From: Clostridia bacterium
GTDB taxonomy: Bacteria; Bacillota; Clostridia; Oscillospirales; QAKW01
Direction of reading: 5' to 3'
Length of the DNA: 64,000 bases
NCBI GenBank assembly: GCA_017440465.1
Contig: JAFSHF010000024.1
Span: 298 to 64,297 of the forward strand
Part shown: in pieces, positions 47,570-57,793 of the stretch
How the letters are laid out: each line of letters opens with the position of its first letter
Numbering within the stretch: the first letter of the stretch is position 1
Translations under genes and position numbers: made by a program
The notes under the pieces: generated by a model
What the model was told of the DNA's origin: nothing
Seen by the model: the letters and a program-made list of their open reading frames with translations, nothing else
Databases searched by the model: none

Positions 47570-48670
47570 TTATTGCAAAATAATATCGCAGATTCGATCG
47601 ACATCCTCCAAAGAAAGATCCGCATAGAGCGGAAGAGTCAACACACGCTCTGCAAAATAATCAGCAATCGGTGTCTTTTCCTTTCCCGCAGAGGGCAAGG
47701 CCTGATAGCAGGAAAAGGCATTGGTCAGCGGATAAAAATACTTCCGCGCAAGAATTTCCTTTTCCTTCAAAAGCGCAACGACCTGATCTCTTGAATATTT
47801 ATACCCGTCGAACACAACGGGGAAATAGGCATAATTAGATTGCACATCCTTTTGGATCACCGAAAGCTTAATGCCGGGGATGTTTTCCAACCGCGCCCGA
47901 TACCGTTCCACTACCGCCTTGCGTTTGGCGATCTCTTGGTCGATATGGCGCAGATTGCAGATCCCCATCGCCGCCTGAAACTCGTTCATTTTGGCATTGC
48001 CGCCGACATATAAACACTCTTCTTGCCCATGCAATCCGAAGTTACGGATATCGCTCAGCTTTTCGACCAGCAACTCATCCCCATAGCAAAGGCAACCGCC
48101 CTCAATGGTATGATAGACCTTAGTGGCATGGAAACTAAACATGGATGCATCGCCAAAACTACCGATCCCCGCGCCCCGATATTTCACACCGAAGGCATGA
48201 GCGGCATCATAGATCACCTTCAGACCGTGGCGGTCAGCAATCTCTTGGATCGTATCCACGTCGCAGATATTGCCGTATACATGGACGGGAACGATCGCGC
48301 AGGTCTTTTCGGTGATCAGCCCCTCGATCTTGGTAACATCCATCGTATAATCCCGCTCATTGACATCGCAGAAAACAGGCACCAGACCGTTTCGAGCAAT
48401 AGCATGGGTGGTGGAAACAAAGGTAAAAGGCGTTGTTATCACTTCGGAGCCCTTCGGAAAATCCAATGCCGCAATGATATTCTCCAGCGCCAGATGCCCG
48501 TTGGTATACAGTGCCACCTGCGGCACACTCAAATAATTTTCCAATTCTGCCTGCAGTTGCTGATGCTTGGCTCCCATATTAGTCAGCCAGCGGCTCTCCC
48601 ATAAATCCTTGATTTCTTCGCAATATTCTTCATAAGAAGGCATAGAGGAACGGGTAACGTTAATCGCCAT
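47570..48670 (-). CDS. DegT/DnrJ/EryC1/StrS-family sugar aminotransferase
   Basis: PLP lysine in [14 protein letters not shown]. 366 aa. Adjacent to rfbA/rfbB, and no rfbC/rfbD is present. Confidence 0.85.
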   Translation of the reverse strand: MAINVTRSSMPSYEEYCEEIKDLWESRWLTNMGAKHQQLQAELENYLSVPQVALYTNGHLALENIIAALDFPKGSEVITTPFTFVSTTHAIARNGLVPVFCDVNERDYTMDVTKIEGLITEKTCAIVPVHVYGNICDVDTIQEIADRHGLKVIYDAAHAFGVKYRGAGIGSFGDASMFSFHATKVYHTIEGGCLCYGDELLVEKLSDIRNFGLHGQEECLYVGGNAKMNEFQAAMGICNLRHIDQEIAKRKAVVERYRARLENIPGIKLSVIQKDVQSNYAYFPVVFDGYKYSRDQVVALLKEKEILARKYFYPLTNAFSCYQALPSAGKEKTPIADYFAERVLTLPLYADLSLEDVDRICDIILQ

Positions 48671-48681
48671 AAATTCTCCTT

Positions 48682-49794
48682 TTACATCCGGGCAATATAA
48701 TCTTCAATCTCTTTCTTTATGCCCTTTTGTGTTGCTATTTGTATTACAAATTGACCGCAAGGATTCCCTTCGATCATCTTCCAACCATCCTCTGTCAGCG
48801 CAAGATCCCAACCGACATAACGGTTGCCTTCTATAATTTCTGCCAATTCTTTGACAAGCGCCACAGCTTCATCCCAGCGAGGAATCCGGAATCCGGGCAA
48901 TACAATTCCTGTATCAGGGTGACGAAGATAGCGATTACCCAATTCGTCGACCCCTTCGGAAGAACATATCCCTGTATCAGCGTCTACCGCCACAAACACC
49001 CCGCCGCTTGCTGCATTATCAACAATAGAATTGCCGCGACCGATGCGCAAAAACGGGCGATAAATAACAATACGATCTTTGAGTTTTAAGGTCGGAACAC
49101 GAACACTGTTGAGCGAAGAGGGATGCAGTGCCGCCATTTCATCCACCTGACACACCAATTCTTCAACAACAACTGCGCCTTTCTTTCTGATATCGGTAAA
49201 CATGGCGGTTATATCCTTATATTGATCCGTTGAAACAACGGAAACACCTTTTCCACCGCTTCCTGCAATCGGCTTTACAATAAAACGACGATGCCGTTCT
49301 GCAAAATCGCAAAATTTATTCAAATCGTTATCATCTATAATTTCGATCAATTCCCGTTTATAGTATTTTCTGAAAATTTCATACGCTTTTCGTTTATTAT
49401 CAAATATCGCCTTATTTGCGTCTATGTTCATGCAGGAATAATATTTCCAACGATTTTTATCCGTTAAAAACGAGTCTCGTCCCAATGTGTTTAAATGAGG
49501 GAAATCAAATAAAAAATATTCGTCAAACATACAGCCAAATCGATGAAGAGAGTAGACCATATCATATATATAGTTCTTCTTTTGCTTGTTTGAGACCGCA
49601 CCTGCAAATACTTGGATATTCTTTTCTATAAAAGACAGACCTTTTACATAGTAGTCTTTGTCAAAAACCTTGTAAAAATTTACATATAAGATTTTACCAA
49701 TGTAGCATCTGTCGGCAAGCCAAGAAAGCCACCGCTCGATTGGATGATCTATCTTCCAAGGTGCTATTCCGAGATTATTCTTAAATTTTTTCAT
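48682..49794 (-). CDS. Sugar-transfer-associated ATP-grasp protein (RimK-like; ATP-grasp 3)
   Basis: FIVKPIAGSGGKGVSVV, VVEELVCQ, NAASGGVFVAVD and GWDLALTEDGWKMIEGN. Very AT-rich gene. Confidence 0.7.
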   Translation of the reverse strand: MKKFKNNLGIAPWKIDHPIERWLSWLADRCYIGKILYVNFYKVFDKDYYVKGLSFIEKNIQVFAGAVSNKQKKNYIYDMVYSLHRFGCMFDEYFLFDFPHLNTLGRDSFLTDKNRWKYYSCMNIDANKAIFDNKRKAYEIFRKYYKRELIEIIDDNDLNKFCDFAERHRRFIVKPIAGSGGKGVSVVSTDQYKDITAMFTDIRKKGAVVVEELVCQVDEMAALHPSSLNSVRVPTLKLKDRIVIYRPFLRIGRGNSIVDNAASGGVFVAVDADTGICSSEGVDELGNRYLRHPDTGIVLPGFRIPRWDEAVALVKELAEIIEGNRYVGWDLALTEDGWKMIEGNPCGQFVIQIATQKGIKKEIEDYIARM

Positions 49795-49806
49795 TTCTTT
49801 ACTCTT

Positions 49807-51117
49807 TTACCTCAAACAAATAGTACTTGTTCTCTCCAGAGCGCGTTCAAAAGTCAGTGGCTCCAACTGCATCTCATTTCCTTCTTCGTCCAAGATTTGC
49901 AGGGTGCTGCTGATCTTGCTCAAGGTATGAGCCAACGCTTCGGCGGTATCATCCATCACATGCATACGATATACTACGCTATCCAGCGAATTGGTTTTGG
50001 AAATCTCATCACCAATCTTATGGCAAATTGCAATGTCCAGAACCTGCGGCATCTTCCGAACCTCTTCCAGACCCGAAATTTCCTTAATCTTGCCCGGCTT
50101 GAGCGGAACATAATAGTTGCAACAGGCCTTACTGAAAACGGGGTTATCCTTTTCCTTCAGATCGGCAGATATGATCGTTCCGGAAACCGCGTATTCAATC
50201 ATCATATCCAGTGCGCTGATGTCATTCAAACGTTCAGTGAAAACATAGGAACGCCCGCCGCCCATACGGTAACCGGTTTCATGAAAATAGAACTTACCGT
50301 TATCAACAAAGCCCTGCAGCGATAAAATGGCATTCTTAACACCCAGCCCCTTCAGCATTTCAATAAACTTCGGTTCCACCGTATCCCGATATAATTGAAT
50401 ATACGGAGAGGAATACATATGCAAAATGGCGGGCGCCGCATTGGTTTCTGCATTTTTGACATGATGGCACATAAATGTAGCGGATAAGCTGGCATACCCA
50501 TCCTGAACGGTATAGTTTAAAAAGATTTCATTGGGACATTCCATGAATTTTTCGCAAATGATCTTTTTGCTTGCTGATTCCTCATAAAGCTTTTGGTAAT
50601 AGGCTACCAATTCTTCTTCGGTATCGCATCTGCGAACACCGCGACTGCCGCTGCTATCGGCCGGCTTTACCATAGCGGGATATTCGATCTTATCCAGATC
50701 TTCTCTGCGTAGGTTGATATCCAGATGATATTCTTTTACTGTGGGAACTCCATATTTATCGCAGGCTTGTTTGAACATCCTCTTATCATTAGAAAGGGTT
50801 TCAAACTGCTCCGCCGTTCCGATACAAGGAAGACCTGCCTGCTTGCAGATTTCCGCATAAAAAGGCAGATGTGAATCAGTCCAGCCGACAAAAACACCAT
50901 CGACCTTCCGCTCTTTGATCAATGCAACCATTGCATCAATATCAGAAATATCAATATCCACCTTTTCGTCAGCAATTTGCTTGGACGGGGAATCTTCCTC
51001 CGGATAGAAGTTGGCAACGATGGTATTCAGCCCCAACTCCTTTGCGCGCCGAACCGCGCAGGCCCCCAATGCAGTCCGATCCATAACAAGCAGTTTTTTT
51101 CCTTTTAAATGGTGCAT
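49807..51117 (-). CDS. ATP-grasp ligase (ATP-grasp 2)
   Basis: YPAMVKPADSSGSRGVRRCDTEEEL. 436 aa. Confidence 0.8.
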   Translation of the reverse strand: MHHLKGKKLLVMDRTALGACAVRRAKELGLNTIVANFYPEEDSPSKQIADEKVDIDISDIDAMVALIKERKVDGVFVGWTDSHLPFYAEICKQAGLPCIGTAEQFETLSNDKRMFKQACDKYGVPTVKEYHLDINLRREDLDKIEYPAMVKPADSSGSRGVRRCDTEEELVAYYQKLYEESASKKIICEKFMECPNEIFLNYTVQDGYASLSATFMCHHVKNAETNAAPAILHMYSSPYIQLYRDTVEPKFIEMLKGLGVKNAILSLQGFVDNGKFYFHETGYRMGGGRSYVFTERLNDISALDMMIEYAVSGTIISADLKEKDNPVFSKACCNYYVPLKPGKIKEISGLEEVRKMPQVLDIAICHKIGDEISKTNSLDSVVYRMHVMDDTAEALAHTLSKISSTLQILDEEGNEMQLEPLTFERALERTSTICLR

Positions 51118-51147
51118 TTTTTACCCTCCAAAAAGTATCTCTTTTGT

Positions 51148-52110
51148 TTATCTTTTATTATTTAAAATAATTCCAACGATCCGATCCATATCTTCTTCGC
51201 CGTAGCGTTGATCGCAGGGCAACGGTAAAATATTCTCCGCCAATTCTTTTTCAAGCGTTGCATCATATTCCAGAACGTTTGGCCATAGAGTAGCAACGTA
51301 TATTTTTTCGCGCGCGAGCATTTTCTTTAATTCCATTCCGTTTTTACAATAAAACGGATAGCAATAAGGACCAATAGGCGCGCAAAGTTTTAAGGGATTT
51401 GTTTCCCCCAGCGCCGCTTCTAATACAGCGTAGTTTTCTTCGCGCCTACGGCGAACTGCCGCATAATCGATCCCACGCAAGATATTCTCCGTCAGTACCG
51501 ACATTTTCCTTAACGGTAGATCATAAAATAATTCATCGTTTTGCTGAAAGGCAGCATAATGCTCCGCTGCGGTTTCTTCCAATCGCCCCAAAATATGCTC
51601 CATCCGCTCCTTGGATTGATCCCGCTCCAAAGGCTCGTCCAATCGCTGCTCGGTGGAAACATATCCGCCGTCGGGCACGCCGAAAAACTTTCTGCAGGAA
51701 TAGATCGTATCGATTCCGGGAACCGCTTGCTGAAAGAACGCCTGAACGTTATCAAAAATCAGATTGCCCCAACGCTCCTTCATCTCCTGCGCTTCTTGGT
51801 TGGAGATCTGTCCATAAAAGTTGACCACATAGATCGCTTCATCCGGCTGCAACTCCCGCTCAAAAACAGGGCGGAAGGAAGCATCGATGGGATATTCTTC
51901 ATAGGCAATTCCTTCCCGCACGCAGAGCTTATAAACGCTATCGCATAAAAAGCGTGGAATATAAAGTTTGCGATACCGCCGCGCCCGTAGCAGATATAAA
52001 AGCGCATTGCGCCCGCTGTTTACACCGATAGCACCGCAATGATATTCTTCGCCGCCATATTGCTCAAATCCAAAATAACCGCCGATTTCTTTCACAAAAT
52101 CACATCTCAC
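51148..52110 (-). CDS. Divergent DegT-fold (PLP-dependent-transferase-like) protein
   Basis: 320 aa. YSCRKFFGVPDGGY resembles the S-x-x-x-K...GG PLP-lysine block. Only GTG starts are available (52110 or 52095), abutting the MITE-like element. Confidence 0.5.
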   Translation of the reverse strand: MRCDFVKEIGGYFGFEQYGGEEYHCGAIGVNSGRNALLYLLRARRYRKLYIPRFLCDSVYKLCVREGIAYEEYPIDASFRPVFERELQPDEAIYVVNFYGQISNQEAQEMKERWGNLIFDNVQAFFQQAVPGIDTIYSCRKFFGVPDGGYVSTEQRLDEPLERDQSKERMEHILGRLEETAAEHYAAFQQNDELFYDLPLRKMSVLTENILRGIDYAAVRRRREENYAVLEAALGETNPLKLCAPIGPYCYPFYCKNGMELKKMLAREKIYVATLWPNVLEYDATLEKELAENILPLPCDQRYGEEDMDRIVGIILNNKR

Positions 52111-52390
52111 TTTAGGGTGAGCAATTAAATTTGAACACCGTTTTGAAAAGGTGTTTTTCGCTCACTCATTGTTATAATACTCGCCAATACGACAGTATTG
52201 ACTGCGTTTTTGCCTTGATTGAACAAAAAACACTCTTTTCAAAATCTTTGACCGCAAAGCGAGAAGATTTTGTGGGATTTTTGTTCAATTTGGGTGATGT
52301 AAGGCTGCCGCCTTACGAGAACAAATAGGGCAAAAAGCACCAAAATGTTCCGCTTTGAGGCGGAGTTCAAATTTGATTGCTCACCCTAAA
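52111..52390. mobile_element. MITE-like non-coding element, copy E2 (280 bp, 30-nt terminal inverted repeats, TA at both ends), inverted relative to E1
   Basis: TTTAGGGTGAGCAATTAAATTTGAACACCG (52111-52140) matches the reverse complement of 52361-52390 at 28/30. Shares GGCGAGTATT(T/A)TAACA and the GTA(A)GG...CCTTAC hairpin with E1 at mirrored distances from the ends. Confidence 0.5.
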
Positions 52391-53589
52391 AGAACTTTAA
52401 CGAATTTTTCTTGGTTTTCCAAAACTTCAACCAGCCGCTGCTGGGAATCAAATTGCAACACCAGCGTTCCAATGGCTTCGTTGGCACCGGAAAAATCGCC
52501 AACTGCATCTCCACTGCGAATCCAGAGGTCCTCTTCCACCACATTGGCTTTAATTTCATCGGCGATCCAAAGGGAATCGAAGGTTCCTGCCTTAGAGCTA
52601 TGCAAAATGATCTCTGCCCAGCATCCATTATAGGGCTTTTGCTCTATATCGATCACCGGCATTCCAACCGCCGCCCGCACTGCGCCTTCGATCAGATCCA
52701 CTCCGGTTGCATACCGGAGCATCTCCGCCAAGCGATTTCCGCCGCCGCGGGGGGAAAGTTCCATAATATAGTTCTTGCCATCGGTACATTCGCGGGTTTC
52801 AATATTATAAATAGAGGTCTTCATATCCAGAAGTTTCAGCAACCGCTGGATCTCTGAAGCCAATTCTCTTTGGTTTTCGTCAGCGATGGTAGCAGGCCAG
52901 CTATACGCCGAGGGTGTATAGGGATTGCCTGCCCGATCATCAAATCTCTGCGCCGAAAAGGATACAAACTTCAATTCGCCATCCACCGAAAAACTATCGG
53001 TATCGGAAGAATGACCTTTCTTTTCAAGAAAATCCTCAATGATAAATTCATCTGAATGGGAGAAGGAAAGGGCATAGCGGATGCTTTCTTCCAGCTTGGC
53101 GGGATCATCCACGCGGGTAACGCCCTTGCTTCCGGCCGAATCTGTGGGTTTCACAATCACCGGCCAATGAAAGATATCTTTCTCCGCCAACGCATCTTCA
53201 ATGCTATGGTAACCCTTCGCGGTAGGAACGTTAAACCCATTCTCCGCTAAAAACTTACGGAACCGCCCCTTGTTTTGCAAAATGCTGACCGATTCATAAG
53301 AACCGCAAGAAGGAAGCCCCAGCTTTTCCGCCACATAAGCCGCAGTTGCCACTCCCGGATCGCAAGCAAAGGACATAATGCCATCTACGTTTAGCTCCTT
53401 GGCTGCCTGCAAAACCGCATCCTTATCGATGATGCTCACATTGCAATATTCATCGGAATATTGATGGGCAATATTATCGGGCAGATAATCGCAAGAGATG
53501 GTATAGATTCCCAATTTTTTCGCCGCTTCAATCACCGGCAACAAATAACGGGATCCGCCCAGCAACAATAGTCTTTTTTGATTGGCCAT
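52381..53589 (-). CDS. ATP-grasp ligase (ATP-grasp 1)
   Basis: WPVIVKPTDSAGSKGVTRVDDPAKL. 402 aa. The stop TGA (52381-52383) lies inside the E2 terminal repeat. Confidence 0.8.
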   Translation of the reverse strand: MANQKRLLLLGGSRYLLPVIEAAKKLGIYTISCDYLPDNIAHQYSDEYCNVSIIDKDAVLQAAKELNVDGIMSFACDPGVATAAYVAEKLGLPSCGSYESVSILQNKGRFRKFLAENGFNVPTAKGYHSIEDALAEKDIFHWPVIVKPTDSAGSKGVTRVDDPAKLEESIRYALSFSHSDEFIIEDFLEKKGHSSDTDSFSVDGELKFVSFSAQRFDDRAGNPYTPSAYSWPATIADENQRELASEIQRLLKLLDMKTSIYNIETRECTDGKNYIMELSPRGGGNRLAEMLRYATGVDLIEGAVRAAVGMPVIDIEQKPYNGCWAEIILHSSKAGTFDSLWIADEIKANVVEEDLWIRSGDAVGDFSGANEAIGTLVLQFDSQQRLVEVLENQEKFVKVLLG

Positions 53590-53590
53590 A

Positions 53591-55060
53591 TTAAGAATTC
53601 CTCTTTTTCTTCGGCATAATTTTTTTCACTGTTTCCATAAACAACATAAACGGAGGCAGTTTCAGCAGCCACGAGATCCCCAGATAGATGGCAACCCCTG
53701 CCACCACCTGCAACGAAATGATGATCCATTCGTTGAACTGCAGCCGGCCGAGCGCCAAAACTCCGGCCAACATCACTATAGAGGCCAGCATGGAGGGAAG
53801 GATATCTGCAATCTGCTCCCGATAAAAATAATTTACCAACTTTCGATTGGGACCGGCGTTGATAAAACAACTGATGATCCCGGTGATGATCCCGGTCATC
53901 GCAATGGCGATGGGGGAATTAAAGCAAAACACCGCAATGGTCAATGCGGTAACCCCCATGGCTTTTTTGATGATCTCCAGTTTTAAGAAGATATCGCTTC
54001 TTCCCATCGCGTTGATCGCTTGCAGATTGCAGGAATGAACCGGATAAAACGCAAATGTAAAACAATAAATTTGCATATAGGGCACGCAAGGAAGCCATTT
54101 TTCGGTGAGTAATATTTTTACCAACGGTTCCGCCACGCCGGCAAGCCCTGCCATCATCGGAAAAATAATATAGGAGCTGAGTATGATGGAATTACGCATC
54201 ATACCCTTCACCTTTTCTTTCTCGCTTTGATTTTTAGAAAAGGCGGGCAGCATCACCGATTGAACGGTGGTATTGATGGCGTTGATGATAAATTGCGGAA
54301 ATTGCTTACCGCGATTATAATAACCCAGTGTGCCCGAATCGTATTTCTTGCCGATCACCAGGCTGCGCAGATCCTGATACAAGGTATCGATCAGTCCGGA
54401 AACCAATAATTTCCAACCATAGGCAAAAAGCACCTTGATCCGCGCAAAGTTGCAGACCAAGCGCGGTCGGAACTTAACGGTGAGCCACATCACAATACAG
54501 GCAACGAAAACATTCAATAAGTTTTGAGCCACCAGCGCCCAAAGCCCTGCGCCAAGATAGGCCAACACCACTCCGGTTACTCCTGCGACCAAAATGGCGG
54601 CAACATTGCTGAAAAAGATCTTTTTAAACTGTAAATTGCGGCTGATCTTGGCGATCTGGATGGAATTGAGCGCACCGGGGAACAGCACCAGGCAAAGAAC
54701 CCGGAAGGGCTGAACCAGATCCGGCATTTCATAGAATTTTGCGATCCAAGGCGCAGCAAAGAATAACACGCCGTAAAGCCCCGCGGCGATGACCATGGTG
54801 ACCCAGAAGACCGAAGAATAATCCTCTTCCGTAACATCCTTGTTTTGAATCAACGCGGTATTAAACCCACGCTGGATAAAAACATTCGCCAACGTAGTAA
54901 AGATAATCATCATCGAAAGAACACCGTAGTGCTCCGGATCTAAGATACGGGCAAGAACGATCTGCAGAACAAATTGCGTTCCCTGAACGCCGAATCGTTC
55001 CAAGAACTTCCATATCAACGCAGAAGATATTGATGATTGTTTGTTTTTCTTACTTTCCAT
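53591..55060 (-). CDS. wzx: Wzx-type oligosaccharide flippase (MOP superfamily)
   Basis: 489 aa, about 12-14 TM segments. N-terminus FLERFGVQGTQFVLQIVLARIL is typical of polysaccharide biosynthesis (PST) proteins. Confidence 0.8.
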   Translation of the reverse strand: MESKKNKQSSISSALIWKFLERFGVQGTQFVLQIVLARILDPEHYGVLSMMIIFTTLANVFIQRGFNTALIQNKDVTEEDYSSVFWVTMVIAAGLYGVLFFAAPWIAKFYEMPDLVQPFRVLCLVLFPGALNSIQIAKISRNLQFKKIFFSNVAAILVAGVTGVVLAYLGAGLWALVAQNLLNVFVACIVMWLTVKFRPRLVCNFARIKVLFAYGWKLLVSGLIDTLYQDLRSLVIGKKYDSGTLGYYNRGKQFPQFIINAINTTVQSVMLPAFSKNQSEKEKVKGMMRNSIILSSYIIFPMMAGLAGVAEPLVKILLTEKWLPCVPYMQIYCFTFAFYPVHSCNLQAINAMGRSDIFLKLEIIKKAMGVTALTIAVFCFNSPIAIAMTGIITGIISCFINAGPNRKLVNYFYREQIADILPSMLASIVMLAGVLALGRLQFNEWIIISLQVVAGVAIYLGISWLLKLPPFMLFMETVKKIMPKKKRNS

Positions 55061-56030
55061 AAGCAGATTTTATCATCCTTGCTATCGGTTTCATAACTAT
55101 TTCATATAGGCGCGGGAATTTGCATCGAATCAATGTTGAAAAGCGGAACAGCGCACTTCTAGACTTATGAATTTCCTCTAATTCTTTTGAATGAAGCGTT
55201 TTCAGATCGTGTTCCATCATAGCCTGCATATAACGATGACGCTTCCTTCTTTTGTTTACTGCCTCTTCATATTTATGATCGGTTGCTTCATTAAAGGCAT
55301 CTAAGCCTTCGATCATCTGCCGACTGATTTTTGCGCGCGCATCATCATTATCCATACGTACAGTCCAGGAATTTTTTGAATAAAACCGATACACCGCCAT
55401 AGTGTCTGCCAACATTCGCACCTTTCCATTTAATGCCGCATTTAACGCCAACGGATAATCACCGATTGGAAAGGCTCTACACCACAAAGGCATCCCCACC
55501 CAAACATCGGTTTTCATAAACACGGTAGCATATTGAAAGATTCGGCCGTTTTCCTCCAAAATAATCTCCTTCAGGGAAATATCACGATCTTCCTTGATCC
55601 TTCCCCTGTTTTCCAGGTGGCCGGTCTTTATATTATACCAGTCTGTTGAACATATACAAAGGGAGTATTCCGGATGTGCCTCCATAAAATCGTATTGCTT
55701 TTGCAATTTCAAAGGATCGGTCCAATAATCATCTCCCTCACACATAGCAACATATTTTCTTTTTGCGCGAGGTTTCTGAAATGTTCTATCAATGCCGATT
55801 CTTTTTGAATATTGATTCTCTGTCTGATAAATCGGTTTGATGATCGACGGATACTTTTCTTCATATTCGCGAATGATCTCCGCGGTACCGTCGGTCGATG
55901 CATCGTCGTGAATCAATACTTCAAAAGCAAAATTTGTCTTTTGATTTACAAAGCCTTCCAATGCATCGCGAATATATTTTTCATGGTTATATGCGTTGCA
56001 GATAATGCTTACTTGAACTGTAGGATCCAT
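55050..56030 (-). CDS. Family-2 glycosyltransferase
   Basis: VSIICNAYNHEKYIRDALEGFVNQKT, VLIHDDASTDGT and a DxD-like EGDDYW. Confidence 0.85.
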   Translation of the reverse strand: MDPTVQVSIICNAYNHEKYIRDALEGFVNQKTNFAFEVLIHDDASTDGTAEIIREYEEKYPSIIKPIYQTENQYSKRIGIDRTFQKPRAKRKYVAMCEGDDYWTDPLKLQKQYDFMEAHPEYSLCICSTDWYNIKTGHLENRGRIKEDRDISLKEIILEENGRIFQYATVFMKTDVWVGMPLWCRAFPIGDYPLALNAALNGKVRMLADTMAVYRFYSKNSWTVRMDNDDARAKISRQMIEGLDAFNEATDHKYEEAVNKRRKRHRYMQAMMEHDLKTLHSKELEEIHKSRSALFRFSTLIRCKFPRLYEIVMKPIARMIKSAYGK

Positions 56031-56047
56031 TGTTTTCTCCCTTAATT

Positions 56048-57172
56048 CTAATTCAGAAAAACGAAACTATAGGGAACTGTTTCGCTGGCATTCCTTAAAA
56101 CATAAATATAAAACCAATAAACCAAAGCGGCAGCCAAAACTAAACCGCTGACAGTCCATTTTTTCTTTTTATCCGTCTGTGCTCTTTCAACCAGCGCAAT
56201 CAATGCAAAAAACGGCAACGCGCAGTAAATTGAAAACCGTTTTCCGTATATAATGCTCCAAGAAAACTGAAGCAACAGAAGATATATGATCCCGCTCAAT
56301 GCCCAAAAATCAAATTTATCACAACTCTTTGCCATCGACTTTCTGAAATAAAAAACCAAACAAAGCCCTGCAACAACATAAACAGACGCGATAAAGGCGG
56401 GGCTGATCACATCGGTACGGAAATAAAACGCATATTTTTGGCTGAATATTCCTATTCTTATAAACCAAGTGGCCACCGGCTTCATCAGAACGATCGCCAT
56501 CAAAACCAGCGCGATCATAATGCCCCAACGGTACCACCGTTTTTTATTGAGCGGCTCCCAATTCCAATTCAAAATAAAATACAAAACAGGATAAATCAAC
56601 GCCAGCAACGCCGTTGTGTGAACGAAGGCGGCAAGCAACACAACGATACAATATCTTAAAAATTTTCCTTCCTGAATATCGGCAAACACCATAAAGACAA
56701 TTGCCATCACCATATGCTGTCGCGTCAGATTCAACGACTGGTTATATAAAAATAAATAATATAATAATAGGATCCAAGCGGGTTCTACATACTTTTTCAG
56801 TCGAAACGAACCAATATAGATTCCTGAAATAATAACTGCGTGCATCGCAATCAAAAACACGCTGAAATTATGCGTGATCCTCGATATCAGGCCAACAAGC
56901 AGGGCAAAAAGAGGCTCAAAATAACCGGTGGCAAAATAACGTTTGAAATATTCTATCAGCGTGTCGCTTTTAATTGCCGCCGACCAATACGCCTGATGCT
57001 CTTTATAGTTCATAGTATCAATACCAATACTATAATCTCGCAAGCCCGCAAGCAAAACAGTTATTAATATGCTGATTGCAGAAAAAAGGTAAAACAGCGT
57101 TTTCTTTTTGGTTCGGTTTGCCCAATAGGCAAAACCAACCGATATGGAAAAACAAACAAGATATATTAACAA
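56048..57172 (-). CDS. EpsG/Wzy-type polysaccharide polymerase
   Basis: 374 aa, highly hydrophobic polytopic protein with an EpsG-like N-terminal region. TTG start. Confidence 0.65.
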   Translation of the reverse strand: MLIYLVCFSISVGFAYWANRTKKKTLFYLFSAISILITVLLAGLRDYSIGIDTMNYKEHQAYWSAAIKSDTLIEYFKRYFATGYFEPLFALLVGLISRITHNFSVFLIAMHAVIISGIYIGSFRLKKYVEPAWILLLYYLFLYNQSLNLTRQHMVMAIVFMVFADIQEGKFLRYCIVVLLAAFVHTTALLALIYPVLYFILNWNWEPLNKKRWYRWGIMIALVLMAIVLMKPVATWFIRIGIFSQKYAFYFRTDVISPAFIASVYVVAGLCLVFYFRKSMAKSCDKFDFWALSGIIYLLLLQFSWSIIYGKRFSIYCALPFFALIALVERAQTDKKKKWTVSGLVLAAALVYWFYIYVLRNASETVPYSFVFLN

Positions 57173-57198
57173 TCTATCTATGCCTCCAAATAATAATC

Positions 57199-57756
57199 TT
57201 ACACATTTCTTTGCCCTGCAAACTCATCCCACATAAAATCTGCCAGCGGAGCAGAAATCACCTGGTGAGCCGGCTTAAGTTCTGTGGGATAGCTAGTTGT
57301 TCTGTTCTTTAAATAATCATCCATACTGCAGATTACCTTTGCAGGAACACCACCCACAACCGAATTTGAAGGAACATCCTTCGCTACCACCGCGCCGGCG
57401 GCAACGATCGAATTTTCACCGATACGAACATTGTTTAAAATCGTTGCATTTGTACCGATAAAAACATTATCCATAATCTCAATACAGCCAATGATCTCAT
57501 TATAGTCATCTGTATCATTTTTTGTGTTCAACATATAATGAGTAACATCGTGGGTTGCAAAGGTTACATGCGATGCAATGCGCACATTATTATGGATCTT
57601 TATCAAATTTGCATAAAGTGGAATTTTTCGATCCATAATCGTTACGTTCTCTCCAAGTTCCGCAAATATATGCTTCTTTCTCATATAATCAACGCGGTCT
57701 TTGCTGCTGATCATCGACCAAAGCCGAATGGTTTGCCATAAACGCTTCCCGGTCAT
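57199..57756 (-). CDS. Hexapeptide-repeat acetyltransferase (LacA/Maa/WbbJ-like)
   Basis: Left-handed beta-helix repeats [43 protein letters not shown]. Confidence 0.8.
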   Translation of the reverse strand: MTGKRLWQTIRLWSMISSKDRVDYMRKKHIFAELGENVTIMDRKIPLYANLIKIHNNVRIASHVTFATHDVTHYMLNTKNDTDDYNEIIGCIEIMDNVFIGTNATILNNVRIGENSIVAAGAVVAKDVPSNSVVGGVPAKVICSMDDYLKNRTTSYPTELKPAHQVISAPLADFMWDEFAGQRNV

Positions 57757-57793
57757 ACTTCCTCCTAATTCTATACAACTTTATCTTCATTTC

